Origin: Euglena gracilis
Taxonomy: Eukaryota
Direction of reading: 5' to 3'
Length of the DNA: 64,000 nucleotides
Assembly (NCBI GenBank): GCA_039621445.1
Contig: CP154954.1
Coordinates: 22,208,954 to 22,272,953, forward strand
A program made the translations under genes and the position numbers. Every line of letters starts with the position of its first letter. Within the stretch, counting starts at the first letter, position 1. The notes below the pieces were generated by a model. The model saw nothing but the letters and a program-made list of their open reading frames with translations, made no database searches and was not told where the DNA came from. Positions 13,101 through 25,896 of the stretch are shown here, one piece after another.

Positions 13101-16100
13101 CCCCCCGGGGGGGGGGTGCTGCAAACCCTTAAGCAAAAGCCTGCCCCCCCAACATAATGCAACGACCCCCAATTTTTATTTGCAAAAAGCCGGCCACCGA
13201 AGGCGACCGAAAGGTTTCTTTCGGATTGGGAAGACTTTTTTCTGTCGAATCTTGGACTCCCGGCCGCCATCAGTCTTGGAGATCAGGCAGTCTTGGTCAT
13301 TTTGGACCCCCCCCTGTGGTGAGGCCCACCGTTTGGAACTTCACTGGGGGTTCCTGGACACCTTCCCTCCCTCACACAAACCAACGGTGAACTTCACCGG
13401 TGAAGCTCACCACAAGCATCACAAACATCGAAAATATCTTGAGAAAACGTACATTATTTCCGTAAGTGTCCGTCTGACAAAATGTCCGAAACGATGCCCG
13501 AAACGATGTTTTTTGGCCTCCCAGACCCGGAAAAACTGTTTTTGAGCGGTCGAGAAACGCTCATTTTCGGTTCAAAGACAGGTTTTCCGGGTCCGGGAGG
13601 CCAAAAAAACATCGTTTTGGGCAATTTTTTTTTCGATTGTTATCGACTTTTTTGACCCGGTTTTGACCCAAACTCCATGGGTTTCGGGTAAAAAATGGGT
13701 GCAGGGGGTCGAAAAACGCTCATTTTCACGCCACCCCGTTTTCGGCCCAAAACCCATGGATTTTTGGGTTTTTGTAATTTTTATGTCAAAAAATCCAAGA
13801 AACATCAAAAAAAATTGCCCGAGATGGTAACAAACAGTAATTTTTTAAATTTTTGCAAATTATGTAATTTCTTCCAGCTTTTTTGACCAAAAACGTTTCG
13901 GGCCAAAACGGGGCTCTGGCGGGTCAAAAAAAAAAACGCTCATTTTCGGGTCAAAAACCGTTTACAGGTGAATTTTATAAATCATAAATTATGCGAAATT
14001 GGCAATGGTAATCTTTTCGGCCATCCGTTGCGTGCAAGTCCCATTAACCCCCCCCCCCCAAAATAAGACCCGGGTCTTATTTTTGGGTCCGTTACTAGAA
14101 GCCTCCAGGGGGTCTTATTTTTTGGGGGGGGTCTTATTTTTGGATTTTTTCTTGACCGACCCAGGCCCGAAAAAACATCATTTTTCCGGTTCCCAAGAGC
14201 ACTGAAATTTTTCCTTCGGCGCTTCGCGCCATGTGTAAATTGACGTAAATTAACATTTACCATGTTTTTTGAACTTCAAAAATCTGAAAAATTTTGAAAC
14301 TTCATCATTTTTGTGTATGGAATTGGGGTTTTTGGTAATTTTTCAGGTAAAATTTTCACCGCCTCCGGCGCTTCGCGCCGTCAAGGGGGGTCTTATTTAT
14401 GGGGGGGTCTTATTTTGGATTTTTGCTTGGTCGGCCCAGGGGGGGGGTCTTATTTTTGGGGGGAGGTCTTATTTTTTGGGGGGGGCTTATTTTTGGGGGG
14501 GGGGTTAAGAGCTCAGCACTATTCAAAACCTGGGTTATAAGTCAAGGAATTGTTGGTAAAAATCCGACCCCCCAAAATGACCCCGAAACCCCCCAACTTG
14601 ACAATTTTTGGAAAATTTGGTAAAAAAGGGCATTTTTCATGATGGTCGGTCTCAAAAAGTTGCCAAAAATCAGTATTTGTGTGGTTTGCAGCCGAAAAAG
14701 TCGTCCCCGGCGGCTTTCATCTTTCTGTAGAAAGAAATTTTACTAAAGGCCTGGATTGCAAGTTTACAGAAAAGGCCAACTTTAGGGGGCCAAATTTGCA
14801 TGTTAAGAAACGGGGGGCCAAGCGCCCGGGGATGTCTGTGTACATATATGTACACAGACATTCATGCATGCATGTTATTTCATGTGCCTTTGCAATAAAT
14901 CATGAGGACCATGTGGATGGAAATGGGGAAGAAAATAGCCCATGCTTACAAATGAGCTCAGAAACGGACAAAATGAAAGTGGGGGAGGGGAAAGCAAAAC
15001 CACGCAGGGGAGTAAAGAGAACCTGTTGGCAAGCTGGGTGCCAGTGCCATAGGGGTACAAGAGGGTGGAGGCGGCAAAGCTGACTTTGTCCTCCGGCACT
15101 GCCAACTGCTCGTTGTGGGCAATGACGCTCTGCGAAGAACGTGTGCATCTCTCCTTGCACTCCAGCTTCGTCTATGGCGCCCCTGCAGCCACCCTACAGC
15201 TCTGCTTTCTTGGTTGCCTCGAACAGCCCGCAACGTGGCTGTGATTGGTCAAATCTCACTACCAGCACCCCCTTGGCGCCGTCATTGGTGTCATGCATGA
15301 CACGGATGACCCACCTGGACGTAAGAGATCTCCTGCTCCAGCTCGTCGATGTATGCGGTGGCAAGGTTTGCTGCCCCGAGCCGACGGGCCCGCACCCGCC
15401 GTGTCAGGATGAGCTGGTGCCCGTACCGGAAGTAGGCCGCCAGCCCCCGGAGCTCCCCGTCGCAAATAAGGAACCTACGGCATGGTGAAGACTTAGGGCT
15501 TCAATCAAGAGCCGATTTTCAAAAAATACAGAACACGGTGGTATTCTTTCTAAACATAATATTGTTGTGTTTGCATCCCTGATACAGGCAACGTGTATGC
15601 ATATACAATATATGTGGCATTGGGGATATACATGCCTGCCCCTGGGGGGCCCAGGCCTAACCGTCCTAACCCCAATCCTACGCCTCCCCATAACCCCAGC
15701 ACCCAGTTGCAGTTGGGCAGCAGAGGGTCCCACAGGGGGGTGAACTTCCCGCCTGCCAAACCTGTATACACACAGCAGCCTATTACTTGCGGGACCGCCC
15801 GAATAAAACGTGAGGGTATTTATGGAACAGGGCCAGGGTCAGCTTTTTAAGCCTAAATTTAGGCAAAACTATTTCTTCAGCCTGCCTTGACAACATTTGG
15901 GCTCAAGTTAGGCCAACCTGCAGGCCCGAATAAAAATCGGCCGCAATTCCGGCAAGGGGGTGGTGCCGCGGTCCTTCAAAAGGGCACGGGGCACTGATGA
16001 ATGACCCCAAACGACGGGACAGAAAAGGGGGCCACGCCTGATGGGGGTCTGGATGGAGGCCACCGCGGGCTCCGCGCCGTGGGTGATGAGGAGCAGCGTG

Positions 16101-19100
16101 CCGTTGGAGCAGAGGAGGAGGTCCGAGTTGTAGGACTGCGGGATGCAGGGGTCCATGGGGATGACGAGGAAGCGGTACGCCTCGTCCTTGCCCCCGGGAG
16201 GGCAGTAGATCTGTGGGAACCAAAACAGAATTGGGTGGTAGATATCTGGCGGTTGTATTTTTCTGGGTTGGCACACGTGAAAATGAAGAAAGCAACATGT
16301 GTTGTAATGCATAAAAATGCAAAATCAGCCTATGTTGGATGTGCACCGCAAGCATGCCGGTGCTGTTGGCATAAATGCGTGCGTCAGCGAGCGTGTGTGA
16401 GCGTGCACGCACTTGTGTGCACACGCCCCTTGTCCTTGTCGTCTGTCCTGTAACCCCCCCCCACCTACAAGAAACCCGTTTCTTACAGGTGGGTTTCCAA
16501 AAAATGGCCCGAGGGGTTTCTTATAGGCGGGGCTTCTTATAGGTGGTTTTAATGTCCGAAATTTTTTTGAGCCAACAAAAAAACAAAAGCGGCCCAAAAC
16601 AGTCAAAAATTTACTTTCAGCGTCGAAGAAAAATGGGGGGTTTCTTATAGGTGGTTGGGTTCAAAGCTCCCCAGAGGTTGCTTATAGGTGAGGGTATCTT
16701 ACAGGTGGGCGTCGGTCCAAAAATCCCCAAAGGGTTTTTTATAGGTGGGAGTTTCTTATAGAGGGGGGTTTCTTCTAGGTGGGGGGGTTTACTGTACGTG
16801 CTAGGCGTTCAATTACACACACAAGCACATTTTTCTGTGTGAAAATTCTGAAAACGTCCAAAATGTCGAACAAGTACGACAAAATCTATGTCGTCCTTTT
16901 CTCCTCCACCGATCCATCCAATGATGAAGGGGCTCTCAGTCACTCGGCGTTGCTGGCCGCACAGGCATACAGGGACAGGTGGCCCACCTGGTGGCCAGCC
17001 CCAGTCAACATGTCCACCATGCGGATGGAGTTCCGCAGCTTGGTGAGGAAGAACACGACCTCCTTCCGGCTCCCTGCCACCCCTCGGCTGTGCCGATATC
17101 CAGCACTCCGTCAGGGTGGGGAGGGCAGGGAGAAAGGGCCACGCTGGGCTCGTGATAAGGGGGGGGGAGGGCCCTCTTGCCTCGAGGACTTGGAAATTTT
17201 TCGTTAAAGATCCAGCCGAGGGTGAGGATGCCCGTGGAAATATTTTGTAAGAACCCTGAACAATTCAAAAGGACACAATTCAAAAAAGCTGCAATTCTTT
17301 CACATTTTTCGTTGGGGAAATACCCGAAAAAATCTTAAATCAAAAATACACCCCAATACCCTTTTTTCCATCTTTTTCATCATAACTTTTATCCCATTGC
17401 ATCGTGAAGTTTTGGGGAAAGAGTCAAAAATGCGCAGACTAAAAAAATGGATTCCTTTTTAATTTTCTTTAAAAATAAATCCATAAAGCTTAGCATTAAA
17501 CAAAAATCTTTGTGTCCTTCATATTCTTGAAAAAAAACAGACAACATTAATTTGCGAAAATTTCTTTACAAAATTTGAAGAAATTTCTTTACAAAAAATC
17601 ATTCATTTGCTTTCTTTAAAAACCAAATGACACTTGGCATAGCCATTTGATTTAAAATGAAGTTTCACACACATTTTAATAAATCTGGAAAACTTTTAAA
17701 AACGTTTGATGTTTTCTTTCAATTTAACAACGAAGAGAAATAAATCGAATATTTCTGAAAATAACAATGCATATTTTGAAAACCACCAAATCCTCTGCAA
17801 TTATTTTGTCGTTTTATTATTATTTTTTTTTGCAGAAATTCAAAAAAAAACTAAAAAGATTTCAAAAAACAGGAGAGATAACAGAAAAAGCAATTACAAG
17901 AAGTTCTTAGAAAAAAGAACCGATGATGGAAAAAATATAAAAACAATTTTTTTTGAACTAAAACTACATAATAATTTTGTGTTAAACAAAAATACTCCAC
18001 GTTCAAAGAAAAAGATTTTCTTAAAACGAAACAAAACAAAAAAACAACTAAATATTTCGTTCAGATTTGTTCTTCAGAATGAGGGGGAAAACCCCTCTGG
18101 GAACTTTTGAACAATATCGAAATGAACCTTTAATATTATGAGCTCTGTGAAGAAAGACAAAATATGCAAATTTGAACAAAAATGAAACATGCAAAATATT
18201 GCAAAATCACCAAAATATCCAAAACACAAAAAAGGCTAAACAGTGAGCAAACATGCAACATTTGAGGGATGATGCGACTATTTCCCATCTCATGCGAAAC
18301 TCAGGTTTTTTCCCCACCATTTTGCCTTGCATTTTAGGAGGAGGGTGGTCCGCACACCTCCCCCCATGGGTTTTCTCAAGAGCCCCTGGGGGGCGGGGGT
18401 GCTCTGCGGGCAGCTGGAATAAGTGCTGGTGGGAAAAAGGTGCTGGCTCTACTCCCAGTCAGCACCAGTGGTCCAGCCGGCTGGCTGATGGATTGGCTAG
18501 AAACCCAAAAACAGGGAAAGAAGGCAAATCCAGCAGGGTTGGCGTGCACTTTCCAGCCAAAATTTGGAGGCGGAAAAAAAACCCTCAAAAATGCAATTTT
18601 GGGCTGTTTTTGACCTCCTTTAAAAGCGTTGAAAACTTTTTTTGGTCCTGCCCGGCTTTGCCGGGCAGGACCAAACTTTATTTCAGCGGATCACCGGGGG
18701 GTCTGCAGCCCGGCTGGGAGCTGCTGGCTGGAAAAAAAGGTGCTGGCTGGCTGGACCCCCCCCCCGGTCCCCCTTCCACCTTCCCCTCCCCAGGAGGGGG
18801 GGTGGTTGGCCCCCCCTGCCACCTGCCTCAAATGCATGTCAGCGGTATCCAATCCAATCAGGAAGATACTAAAGAAGAAAGGAAGATGGTTGAGATGCTC
18901 AAAGGAAAACAGCACACCACAAACGAGAATGCGTGTGAGGGTTGGCTTTGGTTCCGAACAAAGGGCTTTGATCCACACCTTGCCTACAAGTCATAGGTCC
19001 GGTACCATCCAAAAGGGTCAGCCGGGGGGCGGGCGAGGACACAGCGCACTGCAGGCAGCGGTCGTGGTCCTGCAGGGCGATCTCAAAGAAGGGCTCTGCC

Positions 19101-19685
19101 AAGCGGGGGAGCTTCATGTCGATCTGTGACAAAACGGGCCGGCGGAGATGCCTTTGTAGGCGTGGGTGCACAGTCCGTATGCAAACCCGTGTACAGATGG
19201 TGCGGGCCAAAATAAACACACTTGTATGGAATAAATTTGCAAAGATGAAAGCGGCAGCAGCAACAACAATAAGAAAATGAGAATAAAGATAATCAGAATC
19301 ATCATCATCGTCCTCTTCATACACCCCCAAATTGAACCCCCCGGGGTTCTACTACTACTCGGTCACATGACGGAAAATCCTGGGGAGAGGGCTTCTATTT
19401 GGGTCCCTTTGTTTGACCTTGGCCAAAAGGCGGCTGAGGCTGCTCCAGAGATCAAACGGGGTGGAAAAGCAAAAAAAAAAGTCGAAAAAAGCGTGACTTT
19501 TAATGTTATGGGTCGATGGCCAATGGTCCAAAGATGCCAGCTATCAATTTCCCCTGAATGGCACCCAATTTCGGTTACATACTGCAAATTTCCCCCCATT
19601 TCGGCCAAATTCGATTGAATGTGCTGGACCGCCCTGCAGAGGGGGGGGGGGTGTTATTTGGATTTTTGGCGGGAAACCCAATTGC

Positions 19686-19755
<70 letters not shown>

Positions 19756-22700
19756 GGTTGGGGGGTTTTCTAATTGGAGGGGTTTTAATCATCATCATCA
19801 TCATCATCACCACCACCATCATCATAATCCTAAAATCATAACCGTAGCGATGACGATGATGATCATGACGACGAAGATGACGACCATGATGATAAGAATG
19901 AGCAAACCTAACTACAACAACAATAACAACGATGACCACCACCACCACCACCACCACCACCACCACCACCACCACCACCACCAAATTACACTTATTGAAT
20001 ATATTCATAAATGGATTGTGAAAATTTGAAAATATATGCACACAAACATAACAATTATAATAATTCCAAAAATAAGCATGTGACATGAGTAGGAAAGGGG
20101 ATTACCTTGGGCTCGTAGAGTAAACAATACCGTAAGAATGCCAGCCCAAGAAGAGAGAGTGGGTTCGCCAGAGCGATATCTGCAGGAGCAAAAGAAAAAG
20201 ATGTGGCAATCGAGTTTTCGCTTGGCCCCATAACCCCCCAAAATATCTCTGACCCGCACACCGGTTGGCCGGCGGCCCAGGCGGTCACACAACAACGGGT
20301 TGGCCCCCATCTCCAGCAGGAGCATTAGCGTGCCCGCGGTCTGCCAAAGAAAAACGGACCGTGACCATGACCGGACCACTTTCTGTTGAGGATCTGGCAT
20401 ATTCGGCACATTTTGTTCTGAAGTTTTCCCAAATTTCGCAACAAAATCTCCTGAAACACATTCTTGTTCCTTGTGTGCCAAGAGAAAAAAGCATCAGAGC
20501 TTCATTTCAAACGAATTGACATTCTTCCGCTTTGTTTGGCACGCCTGTTTGAGAAACACAGGTCCCGTGCTGCCCAACGAAGAAGAGACAAAATGTGCAG
20601 CCAGTCGTTGTTGGAAACGGTACAACACATGGCTAAGACCATTCAGGCGACCCTGCCATTCTACCTTTTCTGAAGGCTCTGCAAATAGATGCATCAGTTG
20701 GGCCGCTCCAAGCCCTTTCCCCCCCCTGGTGTTCATTGCCCCGGCCCCATCTGCCATTGCACCTTTTAATGAAAAAATAATGCCTCAAATCGGGAAAACA
20801 GGAAAAGGCGGCGGGTGGGGGGGACAGGATGGGGGTTGGACCCACAGGGTTTCCGGGCCTCCCGTGTGTCCTGGGGTCATGGCGGCCACGCCTTCTGGCT
20901 CTGGGCGCGGGGCCCCATCGTCACATCCGCTCCGATGAGGTCGCCGACGTCGCACGCGAGGTGCAGCAGCGTGCGGCCGTCCGCGTCCGCCGCGTTGATG
21001 TCGATGCGGCCCGCCTCCACCGCGTCCAGGAACGCCCGGAACTGCAGGAACTGGATGGGCTTGGCCTCTGTGGGTGGGTGGGTGGGTGGGTGGGTGGGTG
21101 CTGTGTCTGGGAATGTGAGTGCGACTTTGTGAGCGTGAGTGTGAATGGAAGTGCGCAAAAATGAACATGTAAATATGAGTGCCAGTGCATGAGTGTGAAT
21201 GTGACTGTGGAGTGTGAACATGCGAGTGGAGGTGTGAGCGAGCGAGTGAGTGTGGATGTGTGTGTGTGTGTGTGTGTGTGACTTTGGCGGACCTCGCACT
21301 TAACACGTAGTTGGCTCGTTCCTTTGTGGTGCACAAAGGTACATGATTCCTGAAATCCAAATAAACAGCACCCAGACCTGCAAAATATGGCCAGGATGTG
21401 ATTTGGTGCCCTGACACCCAGACCAGGGGGAAATTCAAAGACTTTGAATGTTAGGGTGCCCGGAGCAGGTGCCCCCACAGTATACGGTTGATGAGGCAGC
21501 CGTTGGAGGATTCTCAAACACACTTACATGTGCCAGTGATGTTGCTGGAACGATCTTGGGCAGGTGAGACCAAACCCAACACGATTCCATACACTTCGAG
21601 TTTAGAAAATATTTGCAGTTTCATTGCGCAAATGCGCAGAAGAACCATTTGTCCAATTGCACACAGAGACCAGTTGTGCAGCTACATTTCAGCTACAGCA
21701 GCTACATTTCTTTATATCCCCCGACATTCCCTGACATTCCCGGACATTCAACTATATTTCCTTGTGTTCGCTGACATTTCCTTACATTCCTTTACATTTC
21801 TAATTTCCCTTGTGTCCCTTTATACTCCCTTCTATCCCCTTGCATTCTTCCACATTGGAGCGGTCCTTTTGCACAACTGCTCAAACAAGGTTGCCTGCAA
21901 TTCTGGAAATGGTTCCTTGAGCAATTGTGCAAAAGAACACTCCCACAATTGCGAAATTGGTCGATGCAGAAGACAGATTTTGCTCCAATTGTGGAAATAC
22001 TTCGACACGTTGGATTACTGAAAATTAAAAACAAATTTGAATTAATTAAATAAATAACCCCCCCAAAATAAGATCCCGGGTCCATGTCATGGGTCGGTTG
22101 CTGAAAAGCTTGAGGGGGGTCTTATTCATGGGGGGGGGTCCATTTTATGGATATTTTGCTGGAAAATTTTGATTTTAGAAAATTATTGGGGGTGCCCCTT
22201 TGAGCACTTGATTGTGACATCATTTTAAAGACATATAAAAATATTTTTTCTCTTTTCACCTTTCACCTCTTCTTGTTGTGCTTTTCTTCAGGCCTCCGGC
22301 CATTCCTTTTCCACTTTTATGGGGGTCCATTTCATGGATTTTTGCTCGGAACATCCAGGGGGGTCTTATTTTTGGGGGGGGGTCCATTTTATGGGGGGGT
22401 CTGATTTTTTTGGGGGGGGTTTAAGGCAAAAGACCCGCCATCTGGGGTCATCAGCAGTTGAGCCCGTGAAACATGTTTTATTACCCTGAAGCATCAAAAT
22501 AAACAAAAAAAACAGTAATTCAAGGGTTTCCCCTGAAAAAAATTTGTTGAAAGGTGTCCTTCCCAGCCATTTGTTGAGAATTGAGGTGCAGGACATTGCC
22601 TGCAAATGCATTGAATGTTAATTCAAAACCCACATGTTCAGGGGTCATGTGGTCCAATGCACTGACATGCTTTTTCTGACCAAAACAGATATTATGAACA

Positions 22701-23839
22701 AAACACCTCAACTTCGTGGACGCTGCTCTCCTCCTGTTTTAACTCGTCTCTTGTCTCAGAAGACCCACTGTTAAAGCATCAAAAAAATATTGGAGCACCT
22801 GGAACACTTGCACAATTGCGAAACTGAACCACTTGGCTTGTTCGTTTCCGCAAATGCACAACCACTCGGGAATACAGAACCATTTATGGGAAAGCGGTCC
22901 AGCACCATAAGAATGAGGAGAGGGAACACCGTTCATTTGTTTTGCAAAATTCATTCTCCAGCCTTAAACAGGTTGGCATGGGAGAATATTGGCTGGCTTT
23001 AAAATGGTTCCTTTGCCCAAAAGAACATTGTTTTTGCTGTTGTGTGGGTGTCACAGAGTCGCAACGGAAGTGGGGTGATGTGGCCAACCTGCCACAGAGC
23101 TCAACTGGCAACTGGTGGAAACCCTCCTGTAATGTCTATCACTTTCATCTCCGAAAGTTTACACACTTCTCCAACGATCCATTTCAACCTGGAAAACCTG
23201 CACTTTTGGCAACAAACTTCAAAAAGCTCCACAAAATGCTGCAGGCAATCAAAAAGGAAGCAAAAGGGTGGACCTTTCATCTGGCTTCCAGAACACCACC
23301 TGGCGCTAGCTGTTGTCACACAGGAAATGAAGTGGATAGAACTGGGTGTGTCTTGTAAATTTGTGAAATTTTTCATTTTTCGGGGGTCAAACCAGGGGCT
23401 TTCACAAGTTGGAGTCATGTTTTGAGGGCCAAAAACACCAACAATTTGGCTTAACCCCAGGTTTCACCGTCCAAAATTATGAAAATGCGCACACGGCCGC
23501 CGTGCAACTGGCAATTCAAATTCCTGGACCTGTATGTGTGAGTGAGTGAGTGAGTGAGTGAGTGAGTGAGTGAGTGAGTGAGTGAGTGAGTGAGTGAGTG
23601 AGTGAGTGAGTGAGTGAGTGAGTGAGTGAGTGAGTGAGTGAGTGAGTGAGTGAGTGAGTGAGTGAGTGAGCGAGTGAGTGAGTGAGTGAGTGAGTGAGCG
23701 AGTGAGCGAGTTTGTGTGTGTGTGTGTGTGTGGGTGTGTGTGCATGTGCACACATCTGAGTGTGATTGTTAGTGTGAACGTCACTGTGGAATGTCAGTGT
23801 CAGTGCGAATGTGGGTGTGAATATGAGTGTGGTTGTGCG

Positions 23840-23873
<34 letters not shown>

Positions 23874-25832
23874 CATGCTTGCGCATGTGTGTGCAGTGGG
23901 GGGTCTCTCGTTCACACACACACACACACATGTATGCACCAGGGGTTTTTTTAAGACCAGGGGGAGGGGGTCCCCACCCGCCCACCCCCCCCCCCCGGGG
24001 GGGGGTCCGGGGACATCCTCAATTATACCCGAAAATGGCCAAAAATCGCGAAAATGCTTAAAATAGCACCTTTTTCAAAAAATTTCGGTGCCTTCGGTGC
24101 CGAAAAATATATCCTTTGGGGGGGGAGCTCGGCTGGACCCACCAACCCTCCCCCCCCCCCCGTGGTCCAAGACTAAGAAAACCCCTGATCTGCACACATT
24201 AATATTCACTGCAAAGTTCAGACTGCAATGTGCCATATGGGTGATTGAAAAATGGCAAACACCTGCCACGTTGAAGGTGCGTCTCGTTTCAAGAAAATTC
24301 CGCATCAATAGCTTTGGAATTAGTATGGCCCCTCCTTTCCGCTGAATTGCTGCCAGAGACGTCTTAAGAACCCAGGAAGGGGGATCATCACCTGCCCAGG
24401 GTTTAAATAAAACCAGGTGGAGGTGAGGGGGTGGTCCAGGTGAGGTTGGTGGAGCAGAATGATGCTGGCACAAAATACCAAACTGGAAGAAATTGCCTTC
24501 AGGAATTGGGCAAAAACACCATCATGGGTGCTTTTTGGTCAAAAATGTGTTACCTTGTAGATCTTTGTATTCCAACCAGAGCCTTTTAACGCCACCAATC
24601 CCCCCTTCTGTGGGCGGTGCAGTTGAATCCCCCCCCCCCCCGACCCCCTGCGTCCCAAACCAGTCCCACCCCGGAAGTGTGGGGGTTGGTACGAGTGGGC
24701 CCACCCACCCCCTGGAATGGGGGACTCAACAATCTTCGGTGGGAAGTGCCGAAATGCTGAGTGCCGAATATGTATTTTTTGCCCTTGAAATGGACACTGA
24801 CCTTTGGTCCCCCAACCCCTTCCAGGGGGTAGGGGTTGGTCAAGGTTTGACGTTAAGAGGGTGATTTGGTGGTTTTGATGTTAAGAGGAGGTGTGGACCC
24901 ACCCCCCTCCTTGACCGGGAAAGGTCCACCCCCCCCCCCGTCCCACCTCAAAGGGGATCCGGACCAACCCCAGGAAAATCAAATCCTCCTCCCCAGATTT
25001 GGGTCAAAATAAAATTTTTGTCATCACCTTCTTCGATGCTTTTTTAGGAAAGGGTGATAAACCGACCCCGTTCCGCTCTAGTAGTGTTTCTGGTAATGTT
25101 TGTTTGTTCACTTTTGCAATACGAACATTCAGCGCCTTGCAACACCAATGTGACGCAGCAAACAAATCCACCTTTCAAGGTGGAGAACTTGGAGGCATTC
25201 TGGGCATCCACAAATGTCTTCTTCGTCGGCAATGCTGTGCTGGGCACCCGGCTCTCAGGGCTGGGAGGAAGGTGGGGGAGGTGTGGCAGGGGCTGAAAGG
25301 CCCCCGGACCTGTTTTGGCAAAGCCACAAGGAACTGTGGCGCATCAATTTCTACAAATGTGGTAGAGAATCCCCATTCTGTTGATCTTTTGCTGCTTTTC
25401 ACTGCTTTTCTTGAAATCTCGGTTTATCAGGAGTGGCATTCAGAAGAGGCGCTTAGATCCAACCATTTTGTTGTCCAGATCTTCATCATTTGGTGGGCAG
25501 TGTATGCTTCTGTGATAAGAGCAATAAGAATAGTGGGAGTGTTGTTGTGGTAGTTGTAGTGGTAATTGTAATCATAAAAACAACAACAGGAGGGCTACAA
25601 GGATGAGGCTGATGATGAGGATGAGGATGAGGATGCGGATGAGGATGAGGATGATGATGACAATCTGAAAATTTCACGCATTTATTAAGCTTTCAGGAGG
25701 AATGTAACTTTAATCCCCCAATGATCCCATTGCCCCATTGATGCCTGCCGTACTCATTTATGGTGCAATTCCAGTCAGTGATGCTTTACGATCGTCACCC
25801 TTTCCGCAGAGCCTGCCGCGTTTCAAACAGCC

Positions 25833-25896
<64 letters not shown>

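Noticed and set aside
22440-23430. Possible transposase or RT remnant (similarly 5700-6200)
   Set aside because: Complex sequence with short ORFs but no motif I can recognise.
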